A DNA stretch of 64,000 nucleotides from contig JAULAX010000010.1 of assembly GCA_032654565.1 (NCBI GenBank), forward strand, positions 96,001 to 160,000, in the 5' to 3' direction. This document shows positions 8,087 through 17,783 of this stretch, piece by piece; position 1 is the first letter of the stretch, and the number at the start of each line of letters is the position of its first letter. The DNA is from Anaeromyxobacteraceae bacterium (lineage in GTDB: Bacteria; Myxococcota; Myxococcia; Myxococcales; Anaeromyxobacteraceae). Under the pieces are notes generated by a model. It was given only the letters and a program-made list of their open reading frames with translations, was not told the origin of the DNA and did no database searches. A program made the translations under genes and the position numbers.

Positions 8087-9891
8087 CCAGGCTGGGCGCC
8101 GACGTGGTGGTGGAGCTGGTGCTGAAGCAGGATCGCTCGGAGTGGCCGCGGCTCATCGACGAGCTGTGCGACGGCGACGCCGCGCTGGCCGAGCTGGTCC
8201 AGGCCCTGCTGGCGCACTACGACAGGCCCGACGGCCCGCTGCCCTCGGGGCCCTACCCGGTGGAGCTGGGCCCCTTCACCCTGGAGCGCGAGCTGGGGGC
8301 CGGGGCCCACGGCAAGGTCTACTTGGCGCGCCGCCCGCCGCTCGATGGCTTCGTGGCCCTCAAGCTGCTCCGCCCCGGGCCGGGCATGAGCCAGTTCGTG
8401 GAGCAGGTGCGCCGCGAGGCGGGCCGGGCCCGGCGCATCCCCAGCGCCCACGTGGTGCCGGTCTTCGACGCCGGCCGGATCGAGAACGGCCCGTTCTACG
8501 TGGAGATGGCGGTCTGCGCCGATCCCGACGAGGAGGCGCCCGGCTCGATCCGCATCGGCCGATCACTCCGCGAGGCGCAGCCGGGGCTCTCGCCGCTGGA
8601 GGCGGCCAGGCTGGTGGAGGACCTGGCCGGCGCGGTCCACGCCGCCCACCGGACCGGCATCGTCCACGGCGACGTCAAGCCGGAGAACGTGCTGCTCACC
8701 CCGGAGAGCCGGCGGGTCATGCTGGCCGACTTCGGCATCGCCACCTCGCTGGCGTCGACCCAGCCCTCCGGCCTGGGCGCCGCCACCGAGCCCTGGGGGT
8801 CGGCGCCGGCCGGCCGCCGGGCCTCGGGGCCGGCCTCCTCGCGGGCGCTCCCCATGGGCACGGTGGCCTACATGGCGCCGGAGCAGTGGCGGGACCGGCT
8901 GCCCCCCACGCCGGCCTCCGATGTCTATACCCTGGGTGGAACACTCTACTTCCTGCTCTCCGGCGCGGCGCCCCACGCCGGGCGGATCGGCGACGCCGAC
9001 CCGAGCCCGCCGCCCCTGCCCAGCGGCGTCCCGCCGCGGCTGCGGGAGATCGTGGCCCGGGCGCTGGCGCAGCGGCCCGAGGACCGGCCGAGCTCGGCGG
9101 GCGCCCTGGCCGACGAGCTGCGCCGCTTCAGGAAGCTGGAGCCGACCTGGCACGAGCGCCGCTCCGGGCTGCGGCGCACCGCGCTCTTCCTCCTCCGCCA
9201 CCGGCGCGAGCTGATCGCCGCCGCCGCGGTGGTGGCGCTGGTCCTGCCGCTGGTGGTGGCCGGCTACCAGCTGCTGACCGGGAAGCTGCTGGAGCTGACG
9301 GGGCGCGAGGCGGCGCTGGGGCTGAAGCTGGAGGAGCTGGAGCGGTCGCGGCGCTCGCTGGAGGCCGAGATCGCCCGGCTGGAGGGGGCGGCCGACGCCA
9401 AGCAGAAGGAGCTGAAGCGCGTCGAGGCCCGGCTGGCGCAGCTGCCGAAGCTGGAGCAGGCGCTGGGCGCGGCGCGCCAGGAGGCGGAGCACGGGAAGGA
9501 GCTGGTGGCCCGTGCCGAGGCCGAGGCCAGGGCGGCGGGCCGGCGCCTGACCACGGTGGAGGCGCAGCTGGCGGGGGCCAGGGAGGCGGCCGGCGAGGCG
9601 GAGCGGCGCGAGGCGGCGGCCCACAAGGAGGCGGGGCGGGTGGGCGGGGAGCGGGACGAGGCGCGCAAGCGGGTGGCGGACGCCGAGGGGCAGGCGACCC
9701 GGCTGGAGGGGCGGCGGGCCGCGCTGGAGAAGGAGCTTCGCGACAACGCGGCGGCGCTGGGGGCGGCGAAGGCGGCGGCGGAGCGGGAGGCGGGGCGCGC
9801 CGCGGCCGCCGAGCGGGAGCGGGACGCGCTGCGGGCGCGGCACGGGGTCGGCGCGGGGGCCGCGGGCAGCGGCGGCGAGCCGGGACGGTGA
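8083..9891 (+). CDS. Hanks-type Ser/Thr protein kinase with TM helix and C-terminal coiled coil
   Basis: GAGAHGKV, VALK, HGDVKPEN, DFG, YMAPE, SDVYTLG motifs. Confidence 0.9.
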   Translation: MTRLGADVVVELVLKQDRSEWPRLIDELCDGDAALAELVQALLAHYDRPDGPLPSGPYPVELGPFTLERELGAGAHGKVYLARRPPLDGFVALKLLRPGPGMSQFVEQVRREAGRARRIPSAHVVPVFDAGRIENGPFYVEMAVCADPDEEAPGSIRIGRSLREAQPGLSPLEAARLVEDLAGAVHAAHRTGIVHGDVKPENVLLTPESRRVMLADFGIATSLASTQPSGLGAATEPWGSAPAGRRASGPASSRALPMGTVAYMAPEQWRDRLPPTPASDVYTLGGTLYFLLSGAAPHAGRIGDADPSPPPLPSGVPPRLREIVARALAQRPEDRPSSAGALADELRRFRKLEPTWHERRSGLRRTALFLLRHRRELIAAAAVVALVLPLVVAGYQLLTGKLLELTGREAALGLKLEELERSRRSLEAEIARLEGAADAKQKELKRVEARLAQLPKLEQALGAARQEAEHGKELVARAEAEARAAGRRLTTVEAQLAGAREAAGEAERREAAAHKEAGRVGGERDEARKRVADAEGQATRLEGRRAALEKELRDNAAALGAAKAAAEREAGRAAAAERERDALRARHGVGAGAAGSGGEPGR

Positions 9892-9951
9892 CAGGATGGT
9901 TGCGCGCCGGGCGTGGTCCGGGTTAACTCCCGCTGCGAGGTCTGAGACCAC

Positions 9952-10338
9952 ATGCACAACGTCATCGCCCACGCCGTCACCGCCTCCCTGGCCCTCTTCA
10001 CGCTCTCCGATGGCCCGGCCGAGAGGCCGGCCAGCGCGGTGAGCGCGGCCGTCGAGCAGCCCCGGGCCACCGCCGCCAAGGCGGCGACGGCGCCCCAGGC
10101 CATGGAGCAGGGCAAGCCGGCGGCCGCGAACCAGGCGGCGGTCCCGGTCAAGGCGGCGGGGCCGGCCACGGCGCCGGCGAAGGCTCCGGTGGCGGCTCCG
10201 GTGGCGGCGGGTGGGGCGGAGACCCGGGCTCCTGGCCCCAGGCCGGCGGGCGCCAAGCCGGCGGCCCCCAGGGCGGCGGCTCCCGTTCCGGCCGACCCGA
10301 AGCCCTGCGAGCCGGTCAAGCCCTGCTCGATCGACTAG
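9952..10338 (+). CDS. Ala/Pro-rich hypothetical exported protein with a C-terminal Cys pair
   Basis: Hydrophobic N-terminus, low-complexity linker, ends KPCEPVKPCSID. Confidence 0.55.
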   Translation: MHNVIAHAVTASLALFTLSDGPAERPASAVSAAVEQPRATAAKAATAPQAMEQGKPAAANQAAVPVKAAGPATAPAKAPVAAPVAAGGAETRAPGPRPAGAKPAAPRAAAPVPADPKPCEPVKPCSID

Positions 10339-10353
10339 CGCCCCGCCTCCTCG

Positions 10354-11502
10354 ATGGCCCCCAAGCCAGCTCCCCCGCCGCCCACCCCGCGCGCCGCCTT
10401 CGCGGTGTCGCTGGCGCTGTCCCTGGCAGGGCTGGTGCTGTCGGCGATGCTGGTCCGGGTGCACCATGACGCCGCGGCCGGGCTGACCAGCTTCTGTACC
10501 ATCAGTGAAGAGATCAACTGCGACAAGGTGGCGCTGAGCGCCTGGTCGGTGGTGTGGGGCGTGCCGGTGGCCGCCTGGGGCCTTTTCGGGTACGCCGTGA
10601 CCGCGGCCCTGTCGGCCTGGGGGTTGTCGTCGCGCCGGCTTCACGGGCGCTGGCCCGCCGGGCTGCTGCTGGCCCTGGGCGGGTTCGCCACCGCCGGTTC
10701 GGTGGCGCTGGCCTGGATCTCGAAGGCGCTGATCGGGGCCTGGTGCCTGCTCTGCATGGGCTCCTGGGCGGCGTCGCTGGGGCTGCTGGTCGCCGCCTGG
10801 TTCGCCTGCCGTCCGGCGGGCGTGGGGACGGCCTGGCGCGCCGACCGCAAGGCGCTGGGGCGATACCCGCGCCGCACGGCGGGGGTGGCGGTGGCGGGGC
10901 TGGGGGCGGTGGTGCTGCTGGTCGCGGCCTACCCTCGCCTCGAGGCCCGGGCCAGGCCGCCGGTCGGCGTACCGGCGGTGGGGACCAACGCGGGGGCCAA
11001 CGCGCTGGCGCTTCCGCCGCGGCTGCCGGCGGCCACGGGTCCGGCGGTGCTGTTCAGCGACTACGAATGCCACTTTTGTGGGCTGACGCACGTCGAGCTC
11101 AAGGAATTACTCCGGGTCAGGCCGGACATCCGGGTGGTGCGGCGCCACTTCCCGCTCGACCAGGCTTGCAACCCCTTGATCAAGCGCCCCTTTCACCAGC
11201 GGTCCTGCGAGCTGGCGCGGGCCGCCATCTGCGCCGAGGTCCAGGGACAGGGGGAGGCGATGGACGACGCGCTCTTCGCGAGCCAGAAGGCGCCGGCGCC
11301 GGTGGAGGAACTGGCGGCGCGCCTCAAGCTCGACCTGGGGCGCTTCAGGGCCTGCCTGGTGGCGCCCTCGACCGCGGCCCGCCTGGCCGCGGACATCGAC
11401 GAGGGGATCAAGGCGAAGCTGCGTTCTACGCCGAGCTTCGTGGTGGACGGGACACTCCACGAGGGCAAGTTCCCGATCGATCGCTTTCCCCTCCGAGAGT
11501 AA
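10354..11502 (+). CDS. VKOR-DsbA/thioredoxin fusion
   Basis: VKOR loop cysteines (FCTISEEINCDKV) and CxxC (WCLLC); DsbA-like FSDYECHFC and cis-Pro loop STPSF. Confidence 0.85.
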   Translation: MAPKPAPPPPTPRAAFAVSLALSLAGLVLSAMLVRVHHDAAAGLTSFCTISEEINCDKVALSAWSVVWGVPVAAWGLFGYAVTAALSAWGLSSRRLHGRWPAGLLLALGGFATAGSVALAWISKALIGAWCLLCMGSWAASLGLLVAAWFACRPAGVGTAWRADRKALGRYPRRTAGVAVAGLGAVVLLVAAYPRLEARARPPVGVPAVGTNAGANALALPPRLPAATGPAVLFSDYECHFCGLTHVELKELLRVRPDIRVVRRHFPLDQACNPLIKRPFHQRSCELARAAICAEVQGQGEAMDDALFASQKAPAPVEELAARLKLDLGRFRACLVAPSTAARLAADIDEGIKAKLRSTPSFVVDGTLHEGKFPIDRFPLRE

Positions 11503-11504
11503 TT
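11486..11504 (-). repeat. Degenerate AAYTACTCTGGGAYGG repeat copy, left flank of the HUH transposase
   Basis: Reverse complement aattactctcggaggggaa matches 12760-12778 at 16/19 positions. Contains the TAA stop of VKOR-DsbA. Confidence 0.55.
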
Positions 11505-11745
11505 GGATCAAGGAAGCTGAGGGGGGTGTGGGCGACGCCTCCGGCGGGGCAGGAGGTCGTTGGCCGGCGAGTACCTTGGGAGATCTTTGCCTCGGGAACC
11601 AGCGTTCGATCGCCAAGTAGGGCAGCCAAGATGCCAGCGCCCCGAACCAAATTCACGATAAGTAAAGCCCGACAATCCCCACCCGCGGCCGGAGACGACT
11701 GACGTGGTGACGAGGCTGAGTGGGGGAAGCTGACGGGGTGGTGAG

Positions 11746-12648
11746 TCAGCCAGGGGCGAGGCAGGGGGCGCGGTGGAGGACGCGCATGAGGTAGGTGCCG
11801 GCGGGGAAGAGGACGCCGGAGGAGCCGGCGCGCCAGCGGTCGAAGGCGCGGCGGTAATCCTGGATGAAGGAGCCGAGGGCGCGGAGGGCCTGGACGCGAC
11901 GCCAGGTGTCGTGGCTGGCGACGCGCGGGTTGAGCCCTCCGAGGGGCTCCCTGGTGGGAGGCCTGTCGAAGGGGCGCTGTGCGAGCACGCGCTGGACGCC
12001 GAGGAAGCCACGCCCGCGCGAGGCGAGGTGGGCAGAGGCGGCTTGCTCCCGGTCGGCGAGGGCGGCGTGGAGGGAGCGGCGGAAGTGGGCCGGAGAGTCG
12101 AAGCCCGTGGGGATGACGAGCCGCAGGGAGGCCCGGTCGGGAAGGGACCCCTGGCCGGCCCGCCGGAAGAAGGAGGAGGGCCTGGTGAACTCGAGGGGCG
12201 CGGCGCCCATCTGGTCCGGGGCGGACCAGAGCCCCGGCCAGAGCCGTCCGCGGCGGACCAGGCCGGCCTTGACCGGGTTGGCGAGGGTGTAGGCGACCTT
12301 GTCGAGGACGTCGGCCGGGGACTGCAGGGCGACGGCGCTGAAGGTGGGCGGCCCCCAGAAGTACTCCTGGCGCCCCAGCATGGCGTTCATGGAGCGGCCG
12401 ATGAGCGAGTCGAGGAACCTGCCGAAGGCGGGGAGGCAGGCGTCGGGGTCGGTGACCACGAGGTGGAGGTGGTTGGACATCACGCAGAAGGCGTGGACCT
12501 CGACGTGGAAGCGCTCGGCGGCGACGGCGAGGAGGAAGCCGACGAGCTGGTTGGTGGCCTTGGAGGGGCGCAGGAAGAACTGCCGGTTCAGGCACCGGCG
12601 GGTGATGAGGTAGGTGGTGCCCGGGAGCACCTGGCGTGGCGCGGTCAT
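11746..12648 (-). mobile_element. Y1 HUH transposase, REP-associated tyrosine transposase (RAYT)-like
   Basis: TYLITRRC, HAFCVMSNHLHLVV (HUH), YTLANPVKAGLV (catalytic Tyr followed by NPV.AG). Confidence 0.85.
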
Positions 12649-12664
12649 GGCCTGGGGCTACATC

Positions 12665-12679
12665 GCAGGACCCGTGCCA
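12665..12679 (-). promoter_or_regulatory. Putative sigma54 -24/-12 promoter of the transposase
   Basis: TGGCACG-GGTC-CTGC versus consensus TGGCACG-N4-TTGC; 16 nt upstream of the ATG. Confidence 0.5.
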
Positions 12680-12759
12680 ATGCCTCCGCTCGCGATTCCG
12701 GCCACTTGCCTCACCGCCGCCCACCCCACCCCGGCCGTCCCGCGGACCTTGGTCCGCAA

Positions 12760-12777
12760 AACTACTCTGGGACGGGA
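12760..12777 (+). repeat. AACTACTCTGGGACGGGA repeat copy, right flank of the transposase
   Basis: Identical 18-mer at 31503-31520; related copies at 15182-15678. Confidence 0.75.
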
Positions 12778-12783
12778 AGAAGG

Positions 12784-14598
12784 CTAACGCTTCCGCCGCT
12801 CCGTCGCCAACCGTGCCGCCAGCTCGGTCGCCCGCCCCAGCGCGGCGTCGCTTCCTGCGCGCTGGGCTCTCCGCCCCTCCGGCGCCGGAACCCCGAGCCG
12901 CTCGGCCGCACCAACCAGGGTCGGATCTCGGTCGGCGCGCTCCGCGGCGCCGCCCTCGAGCGCCGGTCCTGGCGGAGGCGCGGGAAGCGCCCAGGGGAGT
13001 GAGGACTCCGTCGTTGCGCCCTCCGTCGGCCCCGCCACCACCAGGTCCACCTGGACACCCACGCCCTGCGGGGAGGTGCCGTCCGGAAGGAAGAAGAGCC
13101 CCGTCGTGAGGTACAAGGCGCCGGTGGGCAGCTCGCTGTCGAAGATGTCCTGCAGCGTCCCCTTTCCGAACGTGCGCGCGGTTCCCACCACCAGCGCCCG
13201 CCCTCGCGCCCGGAGCGCGCCGGCCACGATCTCGCAGCCCGAGGCCGTCTCCTCGTCCACCAGGACGAGCACGGGCCCGGCGTACGCTCGCGTCGGGGCC
13301 GGGTCATGGACGACCTCGTCCTGTGCTCCTCGCTTCTGAATGCGCACCACCGGCCCGCCCGTGAGGAAGAGGCCGGCGATGGCCACCGAGGTGGTGAGGT
13401 AGCCGCCGGTGCAGCCCCGCAGGTCGAGCACCACCGCGTCGGGCGGCCTGCGCCCGAGGTGAAGGGCGCGCTCGACTCCGTCGGCCGTGTCTTCGTCGAC
13501 CTCGTCGACGCGCGCCACCAACACCCGACGCCCGTGCTCCACCCGCGGCGTGGCGGTCACCGACATGTTGCGGTCCTGCAGGACCTCCCGGTCCAGCCGG
13601 AAGAGACGCGGCGGCCCCAGCCTGCGGCCGCTCCGTCGGGCGATGCTCAGGGGTACCGAACCCTCGAAGGTGTCGAGGAGCGCAGAGACGTCGATGGCAT
13701 CGAGGTCTGCGATGGGCGTGGTTCCGACGGCGGTGATCACGTCACCGACGCGGAGGCCGCGCTGCCGAGCCGCCGGAGAGCCGGGGTGGAGCCCGGCGAT
13801 CGGCATCCCACCTGGCACCGGATCGCCCAGCTCGAGTCCGAGCATGCCGACCGGCGGATTGAGCTCGCGGTCGGAGTGGTTGGCCTCTTCCTCGGTCTCG
13901 TAGCGGCTGTGCGGATCGAGCGCGTGGGCGAAGGCATTGACCAGGTCGGCGGCTCCCCGGCCGGCCAGCCTGCGCCGAGAGAGTTCGAGCCACCGAATGG
14001 CGCGGCGTGCGCCGAAGGCCTTGGCGATCGGCCACTCCGCCTGGCCACGCACTCGCCAGGCCTCGCCGAGCGCGTCGTTGGCGAGGAGCGCTCGCAAGGC
14101 CGCGGAGTCCCGCGGCGGTCTCGCCATCGCCGGGGGCTCTGCCTCGGGAGGCTCGTCCGGCAGCAGCGACGTGAGCGCCTCTGCCGAGACGACGAGGCTC
14201 GCGGTCCTGGCCAGGGACGACCGAACCTGGGAGACCTGCGCCTCCAGGTGGTCACATCGGCCGGCGGCGCGCTCGGCCAGCAGGCTGGCGCCCGTGGTGC
14301 TCGAGGCGCGCTCCTTGATGGCGGCGACCTCGTCGCTCGTCAACCAGGGGTGGTCGTCGATCAAGGCACCGGCCAGCAGGTCGCGCGCCCGGGCAGCCAG
14401 CTCCGGGATGAGGCGATCGTGGACCACGTGGAGGGCCACCGCGAAGTCGATCATCCTCCAGGCTTCTGCGCAGGTGGGTGGTCCTCGAACCGCCCCGGTC
14501 GCCATGGTCCCGGCGGGGGCGAGTGCCAACACCAGGACCAGGAGCGCCTGGAATGCGCTCCTGGCCCGCGGGAGCAGGTGGGGAGGACGGGTCGTCAT
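12784..14598 (-). CDS. S41 C-terminal processing peptidase (CtpA/Prc-like) with PDZ domain
   Basis: LDPHSRY, PDZ (GSPAA..GLRVGDVI), LDLRGCTGG, TASGCEIVAGAL, TFGKG; signal peptide. Confidence 0.8.
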   Translation of the reverse strand: MTTRPPHLLPRARSAFQALLVLVLALAPAGTMATGAVRGPPTCAEAWRMIDFAVALHVVHDRLIPELAARARDLLAGALIDDHPWLTSDEVAAIKERASSTTGASLLAERAAGRCDHLEAQVSQVRSSLARTASLVVSAEALTSLLPDEPPEAEPPAMARPPRDSAALRALLANDALGEAWRVRGQAEWPIAKAFGARRAIRWLELSRRRLAGRGAADLVNAFAHALDPHSRYETEEEANHSDRELNPPVGMLGLELGDPVPGGMPIAGLHPGSPAARQRGLRVGDVITAVGTTPIADLDAIDVSALLDTFEGSVPLSIARRSGRRLGPPRLFRLDREVLQDRNMSVTATPRVEHGRRVLVARVDEVDEDTADGVERALHLGRRPPDAVVLDLRGCTGGYLTTSVAIAGLFLTGGPVVRIQKRGAQDEVVHDPAPTRAYAGPVLVLVDEETASGCEIVAGALRARGRALVVGTARTFGKGTLQDIFDSELPTGALYLTTGLFFLPDGTSPQGVGVQVDLVVAGPTEGATTESSLPWALPAPPPGPALEGGAAERADRDPTLVGAAERLGVPAPEGRRAQRAGSDAALGRATELAARLATERRKR

Positions 14599-14655
14599 CG
14601 ATGGCCCACGGTAGTGCGGCCAGTCTTCAATAACCAGCGCTGGCGCAGCCGCCCG

Positions 14656-14689
14656 AAAACGCCGAGACCCCGCCAGAAGCGGGGTCTCG
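14656..14689 (-). terminator. Intrinsic terminator after the ferredoxin gene
   Basis: 11-bp stem cgagaccccgc/gcggggtctcg (14663-14689) followed by GCGTTTT on the minus strand. Confidence 0.7.
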
Positions 14690-14726
14690 AGAGTCTTCGA
14701 GGCCGTGGCCTCGGCGCCAGCTCAGG

Positions 14727-14915
14727 CTAGAGCTTGACGATGCACTCAGTCGGGCAGACTTCCAGGCAGGCCGACTTGCCGCCGTTGGAGGCGCACTCGT
14801 CGCACTTGGCGGCGTCGATCATGTAGGTGTCATCGCCCTCGGCGATCGCCTCGCTCGGGCACTCGGCGGCGCAGGCTCCACAGTTGGTGCAATCCTCGGT
14901 GATCTTGTTGGCCAT
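14727..14915 (-). CDS. 2x[4Fe-4S] ferredoxin
   Basis: CTNCGACAAECP and CDEC...CLEVCP; GGAGAG RBS. Confidence 0.92.
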   Translation of the reverse strand: MANKITEDCTNCGACAAECPSEAIAEGDDTYMIDAAKCDECASNGGKSACLEVCPTECIVKL

Positions 14916-15181
14916 CGGGTCTCTCCGTTGCTTGGGTTGGTCGAGGTCTGCCCGGAGCGCCAAAATGGAGTCAGCCGGTCTGATTCCTCTGAACTTACGG
15001 GGAGATGCACGGAACGCACCAGCCGAACCTTTGGAGGATTATCGCGGATCGTGAGGGGGTTGCGAGAACAGGTGGGAGAATCGCCGGCCACAGGTCGCGC
15101 GTCTCGTGCGCGGTCCAGGGACCAACTCGCAAGAAATGCGAGGACTGGCCCTGTCCAGAATGCGCACGTAACCCGTCCCCG

Positions 15182-15678
15182 CCGTACAGAGTAGTTGCCG
15201 GGCTTCAACCATCCCAGAGTAATTCGACGCCCCCCTCTCAAGGAGGATCCCGGTGACCGCTTCCTAGGGGCGCAAGGGTGGCCAGGGGGCGGCGTTCCCC
15301 GTCTCATCGACACGGACCTTCACGTGCGCCGGCCCGCGCCAGATGCTGCCAGCGATGACCCTGGCCGGGAGCCAAGGGTAGGAAGCGCGAGCCGATTCGG
15401 TGGTGAAGACGGCCGGGGACGGGGGAGGAACGTCCGGGACCGCGGCTGGGAAGCCCTCTTCGGTGACCGGAATGACGAGGGGTTGGGGACCGGCGCCACG
15501 TCCAGCGCGTCGCTGGCGTCTGGCGGGGCGGTCGTGGCGAGGCTTGGCGTGACGTGGCTGGCTCAAGTTCCGGTGCTCCGATGCTCCGAATGACTACTCT
15601 GGGATGGGCTTCGAACTACTCTGGGATGGCGCTTGGGATGGTGCACATGGTGCTCGACGACGACCCTGGGATGGCGCT
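15182..15678. repeat. Cluster of inverted AAYTACTCTGGGATGG repeats (REPIN/MITE-like)
   Basis: Minus-strand copies at 15182-15196 and 15209-15224; plus-strand copies at 15593-15608 and 15614-15629; partial copies near 15634 and 15666-15678. Confidence 0.7.
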
Positions 15679-16008
15679 CGCTCGCTGTGGCGGCGGCCAG
15701 GCTCGCATGGCTGCGTAAGCGCTGGCGGTGACTCGGTTCGCGGCTGACGCTTCGGCCGCGAGACCGCGACACATATAGCAGAAGTCTCGCGCGGATGCAG
15801 CGCGAGCGGCCGTCGCGCCATCCCGAAATGACGCGACGAGCCAGCAATCATTGGGCGAATTGGCTTTCGAATGGCTTGCCTCGTCGCCCCAGCCTTGTCA
15901 GGATGCGCCTCCCCAATCGGGAACATTCAGCGCCGCAACCGCGCGGGTTAATTGACCTATCCGCTCGACTACACCCGCGCTCGCCGGAAGGAAAGAGGAA
16001 CGCGCCAA

Positions 16009-17733
16009 ATGACCACGAAGGCCATCAGACCGTCCCTGATCAACCCGCTCGATCCACAGGAGAAGGTCGAGTTCACCATCCCCGGCGAGATCTCCCGGGC
16101 CACCGGTCCGTACGAAGAGGCGATGAAGGAGGGCTACGACCTCATCCAGCGCCCGGTCCGCTCCGTCCCCGTCGACGCCATCGAGAAGCAGCACCTCAAG
16201 AAGCGCATGACCGTCTGGGAGCGGCTCAAGGTGCTCTCCGCCAAGCCGCCCAACGTCCTCTACCAGAACTGGGGCAAGAACCTCGACGGCGCCTCGCTGG
16301 TCACCGCGGTGCTCGACATCGGCGGCCGCGACGTGGCCGTCTACGGCCACGACTTCACGGTGCGCGCCGGCTCGATGGACGCCACCAACGGCAACAAGCT
16401 GGCCCGCCTCTTCCGCATGGCCGGCGACAAGGGCATGCCGCTCATCGGGATGAACGACTCCGCCGGCGCCTTCGTCCCGGCCGGCGTCGGCGGCCTCGAC
16501 GGCTACGCCGAGGCCTTCACCGCGCTGCGCAAGATCAGCGGCGTGGTCCCCTCGATCATGTGCATGTTCGGCTTCAACGCCGGCGGCGGCTCCTACCTGC
16601 CGCGCCAGGGCAGCTTCGTCATCCAGCCCGGCGACACCTTCTTCGGCCTGACCGGCCCCGGCGTCGTCAAGTCGGTGCTGGGCGAGGACATCACCCCCGA
16701 GGAGCTGGGTGGCCCCAAGGTCCACGGCGCCTCCGGCGTCGCCGACCTCACCGTCCAGGACGAGCTGGCGGCGCTGCGCCAGGCGGTGCGGCTGCTCTCC
16801 TACCTCCCCGACAACAACCGCGTGGCGGCGCCGTTCCAGAACACCAGCGATCCCCTCGACCGCAAGACCTGGGAGATCAACACCCTCCTCAAGAAGGCCT
16901 TCAACTCGCCGACCGGCTTCAACACCCCCTTCGAGGTCTCCATCGTCATCCAGGGGGTCTGCGACTACGGCGACTACTTCGAGATCCAGCCGGAGCGCGC
17001 CCGCGAGGTGGTCACCGCCTTCGGCCGCATCGGCGGGCAGGTGGTCGGCTTCGTGGCCAACAACAGCGCCGTCGGCTCGGGCCAGATCGACTGCGACAGC
17101 GCGCTGAAGATCGCCAGGTTCGTCCGCTTCTGCAACATCTACAACATCCCCATCGTCTTCATGGAGGACACCACCGGCTTCCTCCCCGGCCGGGAGCAGG
17201 AGGCCCGCGGCATCGTCCAGGCCGGCCGCTCCATGCTCGACGCCATCGTCGACGTGCGGACCCCGCGCATCCTGCTCATCCTGCGCAACGCCTTCGGCGG
17301 CGCCTACGCCTCCTACAACAACTACCCGACCGGCGCCGACCTGGTGCTGGCCCTCCCCACCACCCGCCTCGCGGTGATGGGGCCGGCCGGCAAGGAGTTC
17401 GTCTACAAGGACGAGCTCCGCAAGATCCGCGGCGCCGTCGCCGAGATGGTGAAGAAGGGCATCGCCACCCGCACCACGGCCGGCATGGACGGCGCCGAGG
17501 CCAAGCGGGACTCGGAGAAGGAGGCGGCCGACTGGGTGAAGGTGCAGGAGACCGCGCTCAACCAGCGCTACGAGCGCGAGCTGATGAACCCGAAGGAGGG
17601 GCTCTCGCTCGGCTCCATCTCCTCGATCGTCATGCCCACCGACCTGCGCCAGGCGCTGGCCGAGAACATCGGCTTCCTGATGCGCCACTACCAGCCCTCC
17701 CCGATGACCGGCGTCCAGCGCGAGTTCCACTGA
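16009..17733 (+). CDS. Acyl-CoA carboxylase carboxyltransferase (beta) subunit
   Basis: [43 protein letters not shown]. Confidence 0.92.
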   Translation: MTTKAIRPSLINPLDPQEKVEFTIPGEISRATGPYEEAMKEGYDLIQRPVRSVPVDAIEKQHLKKRMTVWERLKVLSAKPPNVLYQNWGKNLDGASLVTAVLDIGGRDVAVYGHDFTVRAGSMDATNGNKLARLFRMAGDKGMPLIGMNDSAGAFVPAGVGGLDGYAEAFTALRKISGVVPSIMCMFGFNAGGGSYLPRQGSFVIQPGDTFFGLTGPGVVKSVLGEDITPEELGGPKVHGASGVADLTVQDELAALRQAVRLLSYLPDNNRVAAPFQNTSDPLDRKTWEINTLLKKAFNSPTGFNTPFEVSIVIQGVCDYGDYFEIQPERAREVVTAFGRIGGQVVGFVANNSAVGSGQIDCDSALKIARFVRFCNIYNIPIVFMEDTTGFLPGREQEARGIVQAGRSMLDAIVDVRTPRILLILRNAFGGAYASYNNYPTGADLVLALPTTRLAVMGPAGKEFVYKDELRKIRGAVAEMVKKGIATRTTAGMDGAEAKRDSEKEAADWVKVQETALNQRYERELMNPKEGLSLGSISSIVMPTDLRQALAENIGFLMRHYQPSPMTGVQREFH

Positions 17734-17783
17734 GCCTGGCCCCATCCCCTAGAGACCCGCGACTCGTCGAGAGAGAGAGACCG

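Noticed and set aside
13081..13100. GTCCGGAAGGAAG resembling the SRP RNA loop
   Set aside because: Lies antisense within the S41 peptidase CDS and lacks the flanking SRP helix.
15264..15566. 100-aa ORF inside the repeat cluster
   Set aside because: TTG start, no clear RBS, no recognisable motif; not supportable as a gene.
15182..15678. Possible CRISPR array
   Set aside because: Repeats are about 16 nt, in both orientations and irregularly spaced, and no cas genes are present.
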